Shown here piece after piece: positions 15,131 through 21,693 of a DNA stretch of 36,280 nt. The translations under genes were made by a program, and so were the position numbers. Numbering within the stretch: the first letter of the stretch is position 1; each line of letters begins with the position of its first letter. The stretch comes from Candidatus Brocadiaceae bacterium. GTDB lineage: Bacteria > Planctomycetota > Brocadiia > Brocadiales > Bathyanammoxibiaceae. Under the pieces are notes generated by a model. That model had not been told where the DNA came from. It saw nothing but the letters and a program-made list of their open reading frames with translations, and did not search any database. Location: assembly GCA_030018855.1 (NCBI GenBank), contig JASEHG010000001.1, positions 1-36,280 of the forward strand, read 5' to 3'.

Positions 15131-16733
15131 AAACACGGAAATCTATCTCCTGGAAGACGTTGTCCCTGGACTCTATCTCCTCCAACCAGGGGTAATCTAT
15201 GCTGCCAGGGGTGGCCCCGCCACTCTTTATCTGCTGGTAGAGGTAGTTGAATCTGCTGATATGGTCCCTGGTACGTTTTTCTGCGTAAGGGGCCATGGTC
15301 CCTGTGGTCATGATAAAGGCCCAATCGCTGGATTGGGCCAGGAGGAGTTCCCTGGCCGCCTGGTTGAGCATCCTTTCCGTGAGGCCCTCTGCTTCTGAGA
15401 ACTCTCTGGCGAGTTCCAGCATCCTCTCTTCTGCCTTGTGGAGGTGACGGTATATCCAGTCGTTAGAGGCATTGAGCCATACCTCGCTGTAACCCTTGTC
15501 GCCCCAGGTAGAGGCGGAGGGTGTAGAGAGCTGCAGGACGGGGTTTTCCTCCAGGTATTGATTAAGGGTAACGGTGCATATGTCCCTCTGGTCAAAGGCT
15601 ATCTTGCGGAAGAGGAAGTCAAGGAACTCGGGTCCTTCAAACCACCAGTGGCCAAAGAGTTCGGCATCGTACGGGGCCAGGATGACGGGGGGTCTGCCCA
15701 GGTGGTCTCTGAGGGATCTGGCCTGGTGCTGGCGGTTAAACATGAAATTGCCGGCGTGTTCTGCGGCCTTCTCCCTCGCCCTGTATGGGTCGTAGGGCTG
15801 TTTTTCGCCCATGGAGACCGGGCCGGTAATCTTGTGATACTTAATGCCCAGGTTCCGTTTTATACCATCAGGGTGGAGGTAGGGTCGTATGTATTCATAG
15901 TCTGCGTCGTAGCCAAGGTCACGGTAGAACTCCCTGTAATTCCAGTCCCCGGGGTATCCCTCCTTGGCACTCCAGACCTGTTTAGAGGATTCTATGTCCC
16001 TCCCGAAGGCGGCAACGCCGCTGGGGGTTACGATTGGGGCAAAGACGCCGTAAACGGGTCGTGGGGAGGCATGGAGGATGCCGTGGGTGTCCTGTATAAA
16101 ATACTGGATTCCTGCCCGGCACAGTAGGACTTCCGTGCCTGGTGTATAGGCGCACTCCGGGAGCCAGATGCCTCTGGGGGGCCTGCCAAAGTGTTTCTCG
16201 TAGTTCTGGCATCCCACCCTGATTTGGGCCTCCCTGGACTGGTCGGTGGACATCAAGGGGAGAAAGCCGTGGGTGGCGGCACAGGTCATGATTTCCACCC
16301 CCCCAGCATCTTGAAGCCAGCGGAAGGCGTTTATAAGATTCTTCTTGTAAACGTCTTCAAAGAGGTGCCTGGTCTGTCTGAACCTCTCCTGGTAAAGCAG
16401 TGCCGTCTCATAGAAGGGGGTGTTTCTGGTACGGTGCACCTCCCTTTCCATAAGCTCTATACGTTTGTGGACATAGCGTAGACAGCGGTCTTGAAGGAGG
16501 CTGTCGGCCAGCATCTCGCAAAGGGGCGGGCTGAGGGCTATGGTAATCCCGAAGTTTATGCCTCTTTCTGGCCTGCCTGCCTCAAGGAGACCACTGAATA
16601 CCCTGATAAGGGGGATATATGTCTCTACAACGGCCTCGTAGAACCAGTCCTCCTCCAGGAATTCTTCGTGCTCTGGATGACGCACGAAAGGGAGGTGGGC
16701 GTTGAGGACTAAGGCCAGATATCCTGAAACCAT
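15114..16733 (-). CDS. GH57-family 1,4-alpha-glucan branching enzyme (GH57 catalytic domain plus a DUF1957-type C-terminal domain)
   Basis: N-terminus LALVLNAHLPFVRHPE, nucleophile region GIWLPECAY, and acid/base region APYDAELFGHWWFEG. The ATG at 16733 is preferred over the TTG at 16742. Confidence 0.8.
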   Translation of the reverse strand: MVSGYLALVLNAHLPFVRHPEHEEFLEEDWFYEAVVETYIPLIRVFSGLLEAGRPERGINFGITIALSPPLCEMLADSLLQDRCLRYVHKRIELMEREVHRTRNTPFYETALLYQERFRQTRHLFEDVYKKNLINAFRWLQDAGGVEIMTCAATHGFLPLMSTDQSREAQIRVGCQNYEKHFGRPPRGIWLPECAYTPGTEVLLCRAGIQYFIQDTHGILHASPRPVYGVFAPIVTPSGVAAFGRDIESSKQVWSAKEGYPGDWNYREFYRDLGYDADYEYIRPYLHPDGIKRNLGIKYHKITGPVSMGEKQPYDPYRAREKAAEHAGNFMFNRQHQARSLRDHLGRPPVILAPYDAELFGHWWFEGPEFLDFLFRKIAFDQRDICTVTLNQYLEENPVLQLSTPSASTWGDKGYSEVWLNASNDWIYRHLHKAEERMLELAREFSEAEGLTERMLNQAARELLLAQSSDWAFIMTTGTMAPYAEKRTRDHISRFNYLYQQIKSGGATPGSIDYPWLEEIESRDNVFQEIDFRVYAAED

Positions 16734-16734
16734 A

Positions 16735-16785
16735 GGGTTCAAAGGTTTAAAAGTTCAAGGGTTCAAAGTCTCAGGGGTTCAAAGG
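16735..16785. repeat. Tandem 8-9-nt repeats (GGTTCAAAG / GTTTAAAAG type) between the DUF4912 gene and the GH57 branching-enzyme gene
   Basis: Read directly. A complementary version lies at 23829-23862. Confidence 0.75.
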
Positions 16786-16789
16786 CCCC

Positions 16790-17413
16790 TCAGGGCTTAA
16801 AGATATACTCTTTTTTAAGCACCTCAGGGCTGGCCCCATGCCAGTAAGATACGGAGCTGGCAGGCTGGGGTACTATTTCTGGTGTCAGCCCTGGTATGGG
16901 TTCGCCTGAGGTGGGTAATTGTTTGGGCCTGGAAGGGGCCTTGCGGCGTCTTTTCAGGAGTTTTCCCCTGGAGAAATCCTTAAAGAAATGGGCCCATGTC
17001 TGGCTGAGGTCTTCTGCAGGACGGCCCCTCGGCGTCTCTACCTCTCCTGAGTAGACCACAGGGACGAAGGTGCCGTTGGACGCAAAATAACCCAGTTCAA
17101 AGCGGTATCTCCTGGCCGGGGACACCTGGAGATACCAGTTCCTGGCCCAGGCCCGTACTGAGACAGAGGTGGTAGTCCCGTCAGAGAGGCAAAATGCCTT
17201 GAGGGACCAATCCTCCATCTGCCCCGACAATGATCGTGCCTGATGGCCAAGGGGTCCTTCCAATTCCCAGTAGAGGAAGATATAGAAGGGGTCTCTGACC
17301 ATGGCCACCAGCTTGTCGTCTCCATAGTGTTCGGGCAGCTGTGGTCCACGGTCTATGTAGGGCTGTGGTGGGGTAGTCTCAAAGGTGCTGGGGGACTTTT
17401 CCTGAGTTTCCAT
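16790..17413 (-). CDS. DUF4912-type protein (function unknown), recalled as typically adjacent to GH57 branching enzymes
   Basis: The block YGDDKLVAMVRDPFYIFLYWEL matches my recollection of the DUF4912 signature. This needs HMM confirmation. Confidence 0.55.
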   Translation of the reverse strand: METQEKSPSTFETTPPQPYIDRGPQLPEHYGDDKLVAMVRDPFYIFLYWELEGPLGHQARSLSGQMEDWSLKAFCLSDGTTTSVSVRAWARNWYLQVSPARRYRFELGYFASNGTFVPVVYSGEVETPRGRPAEDLSQTWAHFFKDFSRGKLLKRRRKAPSRPKQLPTSGEPIPGLTPEIVPQPASSVSYWHGASPEVLKKEYIFKP

Positions 17414-17422
17414 TGTCTCTTC

Positions 17423-18658
17423 CTAGATAAAGGGCATCTCCTTGGGCACGACCACTATGCCCTTATCGGTAACGGTAAAGTGTCTATGGTCTTCCTCAGG
17501 GTTGTGGCCGATGTGGGTGTTATCCGGGACTATGACGCCTTTGTCAATAATGGCCCTTTTTATACTGACGTTCTTGCCAATCCTGACCCCTTCCAACACT
17601 ACGGAGTCAATTATCTCCGAGCCAATCTCTATCCGCACGTCTGGAGAAAGGACAGAGTGTACTACCATTGCCCCACTAATTATACAACCCGGGGAGACGA
17701 GGCTATCAAGGGCCACCCCCCTCATTTCCCCATTAGACAGTACCGTCTTGACGGGGGGGAATTGTTCCTGGAAGGTACGAATGGGCCAGTCCTTATCATA
17801 AAGGTTAAAAAGGGGGTCAACCGCTAAGAGGTCCATGTTGGCCTCCCAGTAGGCCTCCAGCGTACCAATGTCCCTCCAGTATTTTATGGGTTTTTTGTTC
17901 TCATCCTCAAAGGGGTAGGCGAAGACCTTATCCCTCCCCACCATGGCAGGGATTACGTCCTTTCCAAAGTCGTGGGAGGTGGGTCTTTTGGCATCCTCTA
18001 CTACCCTCCTTACAAGAACCTCTGTATTGAATAGGTAGATGCCCATGGAGGCCAGTATCTTGTTGGGGTCTGAAGGCATTGGCCTGGGCGTCTTAGGTTT
18101 TTCCTGGAAGCCCAGGATACGGTATTGCTCATCCACCTGGAGGACGCCAAAGCGGTGAGCCTCCTCTAAAGGCGCCTCTACGGCGCCTACGGTGAGGTCT
18201 GCCTGTTTTTCCATGTGATAGTGTAACATCTTCCGGTAATCCATTTTGTAAATATGGTCCCCCCCGAGGATGAGTACCTTTTCTGGATGTTCCCTCTCCA
18301 GGGTGTATATGTTCTGGTAGATGGCATCGGCAGTGCCCCTGTACCACTGGTCTGATACCCTCATCTGTGGTGGTATTATCTCTACGTACTCGTCTAGCTG
18401 GCAATTGAAGAGGTTCCACCAGCCCATGCGGATATGGCGGTCCAGGGAGAGAGACTTGTACTGGGTGAGGATTACTACCTTATGGAGACCCGAGTTTAGA
18501 CAATTACTGAGGCTGAAATCAACAATCCTGTAGATACCCCCAAAGGGGACGGCCGGTTTGGCCCTATCTTTGGTGAGGGGATAGAGGCGTTGCCCCTCCC
18601 CTCCTGCCAGTATCATTACCAGTATCCGCTTTAATAGTTCGTTGTTAGTTGCAATCAT
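17423..18658 (-). CDS. glgC: Glucose-1-phosphate adenylyltransferase
   Basis: ILAGGEGQRLYPLTKDRAKPAVPFGG N-terminus, WYRGTADA, and a C-terminal left-handed beta-helix region. Confidence 0.93.
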   Translation of the reverse strand: MIATNNELLKRILVMILAGGEGQRLYPLTKDRAKPAVPFGGIYRIVDFSLSNCLNSGLHKVVILTQYKSLSLDRHIRMGWWNLFNCQLDEYVEIIPPQMRVSDQWYRGTADAIYQNIYTLEREHPEKVLILGGDHIYKMDYRKMLHYHMEKQADLTVGAVEAPLEEAHRFGVLQVDEQYRILGFQEKPKTPRPMPSDPNKILASMGIYLFNTEVLVRRVVEDAKRPTSHDFGKDVIPAMVGRDKVFAYPFEDENKKPIKYWRDIGTLEAYWEANMDLLAVDPLFNLYDKDWPIRTFQEQFPPVKTVLSNGEMRGVALDSLVSPGCIISGAMVVHSVLSPDVRIEIGSEIIDSVVLEGVRIGKNVSIKRAIIDKGVIVPDNTHIGHNPEEDHRHFTVTDKGIVVVPKEMPFI

Positions 18659-18675
18659 TTACGCCTTCTTGAAGA

Positions 18676-18766
18676 CACTGAGTACTAAGCACTATACACT
18701 ATGCACTATGCAGAAATTCCACCTTTTAGTCCCCAGTACATAGTGTCTAGTGCCTAGTGTTTACTG
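18676..18766. repeat. Heptamer-arm hairpin (GCACTAT/GCACTAG units) between the response regulator gene and glgC
   Basis: cactgagtactaagcactatacactatgcactatgcag ... cagtacatagtgtctagtgcctagtgtttactg. The regulator's stop lies in the arm. Confidence 0.75.
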
Positions 18767-19126
18767 TGCCTTTCTTCTCTCCAGGATTTCTTTTATCGCC
18801 TTCTTCAGTTCGGTCAGGTCTGCGGATTTTACTATGTAGGCATCGGCCGACCACGTCATAAAGTTGTCCTTGAAGCTGGAATAGGCGGTGTTGATAACTA
18901 TAGGAATCCTGTTGTTCTCTCCCAGGATCTTCCCCATGGCCTCTATGCCATCCATCCCAGGCATGTTTATGTCCAGTACCAGGAGGTCAGGGGGGTTGAG
19001 CTTTGCCATCGTTACCGCCTCCCTGCCGTCTCTGGCTACTGAGACACTGTAACCTTCCGCAGAGAGTTCATTTCTGTAAAGAAGGGCCTGGTTCTTTTCG
19101 TCTTCCACTACCAGTATGCTTGTCAT
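18761..19126 (-). CDS. Single-domain (receiver-only, CheY-like) response regulator
   Basis: ILVVEDE, the phospho-acceptor context LLVLDINMPGMDG, and no output domain. The start is set at the ATG at 19126, which has SD GAGAGGA. The longer ORF would run into the repeat. Confidence 0.85.
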   Translation of the reverse strand: MTSILVVEDEKNQALLYRNELSAEGYSVSVARDGREAVTMAKLNPPDLLVLDINMPGMDGIEAMGKILGENNRIPIVINTAYSSFKDNFMTWSADAYIVKSADLTELKKAIKEILERRKAQ

Positions 19127-19173
19127 GGTCTTGTCCTCTCTTTGACTTCTGTCGTAAACACAGCCTAACTCTT

Positions 19174-19233
19174 GTAGGGGCAATTCCCGCCTGAGGCGTC
19201 CTCCCGAGGCGGACTTTCAGGATTTTCAACATG
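19174..19233. repeat. Inverted-repeat copy A (60 nt) flanking the histidine kinase gene
   Basis: Its reverse complement is identical to 21631-21693 apart from one 3-nt indel. Confidence 0.95.
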
Positions 19234-19244
19234 AATTGCCCTAG

Positions 19245-21506
19245 CTACTCTGTGATGGGGAGGAGCACTGAGAAGGTACTGCCCCTTCCCTGGACGCTTG
19301 AGACCCTGAGCTTCCCATCATGGTCATCTACAATCTTATGGCTTACCACCAGTCCCACACCGGTCCCAGAGGTCTTGGTGGTGAAGAAGGGGGTGAATAT
19401 CTTTTCTATCACCTCCGGGGCCATACCCTGCCCCGTATCCGAGATATCCGTCCTTATGTACTGTTCTTCCCGAGTAGACTGGACGGTGAGGGTACCACCT
19501 TCTTCCATAGATTCTACCGCATTCTTTATAAGGTTTAGGAGTACCTGTTTTATCTGGGCAGGGTCCAGGAAGGTAGGAGGCAGGCCGGGGGAGAAGTTCT
19601 TTATCAGGTTTATCCCCCTCTCTCTCAGGTATCCCTCCGTTAGACAACAGGTATCTTCCAACAAGGTGTTTATGTCCACACGGACCTTTCTTGGCTCCTG
19701 GGGCTTGCTGAAGTCCTTTATGTTGCCCAATATCTTTTCCAGCCTGCTGACCTCTTCTACTATAATCCTGGCGGCTGTAGCCACGTCCTCCTCTTCTGGT
19801 TTGGTCTTTTCTATACTGCGTGCAAAACCCCCGATGGTCACCAGGGGGTTACGGATCTCGTGGGCAATATAGGTGGATATCTCGCCCATGGCCACGAGTC
19901 GCTCCGAGCGGCAGAGCCTCTCCTGAGTCTCCCTGAGTTGCTCTATCTTTTCTTCCAGGGATTTGTAAGTCTCGGCGTTTTCCATTGCAAGGGCCGCCTG
20001 CCCTGCAAAGATGTTTAGCAGTTGGACGTGGTCCTCAGTGATGGGTTCCCTGCTGTAGGGATTGTCCGCCACTATTACCCCTACGGCCCTCCCTTTTACT
20101 ACAAGGGGGATGCAGACGAATTCCTTAGAGCCAAGGAATTCCCGGAACTCCCTCGTTACCCTAGGGTCAGTAGCCGCCTCTTTTACTACCTGGGAACGCA
20201 TCTCCTTGACGCACCTCACCACTATCTCCTCCTCCTTGTTCAGGGGATAGACCAGTAAACGGGTCTTTACGTTGAGTGGTGAGTCCAGTGGCTCCCTCTC
20301 CATTACCTCCTTGAGGAGTTCTTCCAGGGTGGGGTATCTCTGAGAGACGTCTTGCCATACCCTGGCGGCCTCTTCTCCGCTGGAGGGGCCTACGGCGGCC
20401 TTGCCATAGACTGACCTCTTCTCCTCGTCCACCAGGAACAGGAATGCCCGGTTAAAGGCCAGGGCCTGTCCGGCCGTAACGCTGGTGAGGATGAGGTTGA
20501 GGAGTTTTTCTATGTTAAGCGTCTCGTGGAGGGCCTGCCCCAGTTCCCTGAGGAGGGAGAGTTGCCTGAGCCTCTTTTCCCTCTGTGTGATGTCTCGTGA
20601 GAGGACCAGCACGTGGCCCAACTCCCCCTGCTCGTCCCGGATGGGGATGGCAGTATTCTCAATGTATCGTCTCCTGCCTTCCTTGACCACCGTCTTTATC
20701 TCTCTATAACGGCCCGCGGCACTCTCAAAGGCCCTGGCTACCGGGCAGTAAGCCTCGGCGCATTGAAAGACGTCCTTGCATCTGGCCCCTTTGGGCAGTT
20801 CGGTCAAACCCCATACCTTCGGGAGGTTTGCATTGGCCCAGAGGATGTTCATGCCCCTGTCCATGAGGCAGAGGCCTATCCCGAGTACGTCTACAACGTA
20901 GTCAAGTTTCTCCTTCTCCCGACGTAACTGTTCTTCTGCAAGTCTGGCATTGTTATAAAGATTTTTGTATCTTTCTTCAGAGAGCGTGATCTTCTCAAAG
21001 AGGAGGGTATTCTCCGTTATCATGGCAAGTTGGGGGCATATCTCCTCTAACAGGGGAAATTGGGTCGTAGAGAAATGGTGTGGCTCCATGCTGCTGAAAT
21101 TAATGCTACCTATGACTCTCCCCCTTACCTTCAGGGGATATCCCAGGCGAGACCGTATCCCTGTCTTATAAAAGAGGCCGTTAGTACTGTGGCTACCACT
21201 TTTAGTGTCTTCTACTATGATAGGCTCTCCCGTAAGCAGGATTCGCTCCAGGAGACTCCCCTCCAAGGGGTAGGGCTTCCCCTCCTCAAGGACATTGATA
21301 GTGTTGGTTGCGGAGGCCACAAAGGTAACGGCATGGTTATCCCCCTCCGTGGGAACAGAGATGCTGACCCTGTCAAAGGCCATTACCTTTTTTAATTCAT
21401 TTACGACTGAGACGTAAATGTCTCTTAAATTAAGGCTGGAAGAGATTATTCTCTGTATGTTGGAGATTACTTCTTTTCGTGCGGGATATAATTCTACTAA
21501 TTTCAT
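19245..21506 (-). CDS. Cytoplasmic sensor histidine kinase, GAF - PAS (Cys-rich) - GAF - HisKA - HATPase_c
   Basis: H-box STYIAHEIRNPL, N box LLNLIKNA, G boxes DTGQGM and GTGVGL. No TM segments. Two GAF-like regions flank a PAS-like region. Confidence 0.88.
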   Translation of the reverse strand: MKLVELYPARKEVISNIQRIISSSLNLRDIYVSVVNELKKVMAFDRVSISVPTEGDNHAVTFVASATNTINVLEEGKPYPLEGSLLERILLTGEPIIVEDTKSGSHSTNGLFYKTGIRSRLGYPLKVRGRVIGSINFSSMEPHHFSTTQFPLLEEICPQLAMITENTLLFEKITLSEERYKNLYNNARLAEEQLRREKEKLDYVVDVLGIGLCLMDRGMNILWANANLPKVWGLTELPKGARCKDVFQCAEAYCPVARAFESAAGRYREIKTVVKEGRRRYIENTAIPIRDEQGELGHVLVLSRDITQREKRLRQLSLLRELGQALHETLNIEKLLNLILTSVTAGQALAFNRAFLFLVDEEKRSVYGKAAVGPSSGEEAARVWQDVSQRYPTLEELLKEVMEREPLDSPLNVKTRLLVYPLNKEEEIVVRCVKEMRSQVVKEAATDPRVTREFREFLGSKEFVCIPLVVKGRAVGVIVADNPYSREPITEDHVQLLNIFAGQAALAMENAETYKSLEEKIEQLRETQERLCRSERLVAMGEISTYIAHEIRNPLVTIGGFARSIEKTKPEEEDVATAARIIVEEVSRLEKILGNIKDFSKPQEPRKVRVDINTLLEDTCCLTEGYLRERGINLIKNFSPGLPPTFLDPAQIKQVLLNLIKNAVESMEEGGTLTVQSTREEQYIRTDISDTGQGMAPEVIEKIFTPFFTTKTSGTGVGLVVSHKIVDDHDGKLRVSSVQGRGSTFSVLLPITE

Positions 21507-21562
21507 GGCCAGACCCTTAACCTTACGCTTTTTTTGTAGGGCGGCATTGCCGCCTAAATCAA

Positions 21563-21591
21563 GTATATTTTACTTTGTCCGTTCCTTCAAG
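21563..21591 (-). promoter_or_regulatory. Candidate internal sigma70-type promoter for the kinase gene
   Basis: On the minus strand: TTGAAG, 17 nt, TATACT. It is followed by the hairpin GGCGGCAATGCCGCC and an AAGG-type SD. Confidence 0.4.
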
Positions 21592-21630
21592 CATTTACTT
21601 TTGTGTGTTCGTATAACTGTAGAGGCAATC

Positions 21631-21693
21631 CATGTTGAAAATCCTGTTGAAAGTCCGCCTCGGGAGGACGCCTCAGGCGGGAATTGCCCCTAC
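21631..21693. repeat. Inverted-repeat copy B (63 nt) flanking the histidine kinase gene; overlaps the stop codon of the upstream GH57 gene
   Basis: See copy A. Confidence 0.95.

Noticed and set aside
15131-16742. Alternative starts suggested by the track: GTG at 15136 for cytochrome paralog 2 and TTG at 16742 for the GH57 branching enzyme.
   Set aside because: In-frame ATGs 2-3 codons downstream (15130 and 16733) give equally good or better N-termini. The difference is minor and remains unresolved without experimental data.
19174-21693. Composite transposon or IS element bounded by the 60-nt inverted repeats.
   Set aside because: The enclosed ORF is a complete sensor histidine kinase, not a transposase. 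No target-site duplication is evident next to the repeats (the flanks differ). The repeats resemble the local REP-like palindromes and do not look like IS termini.
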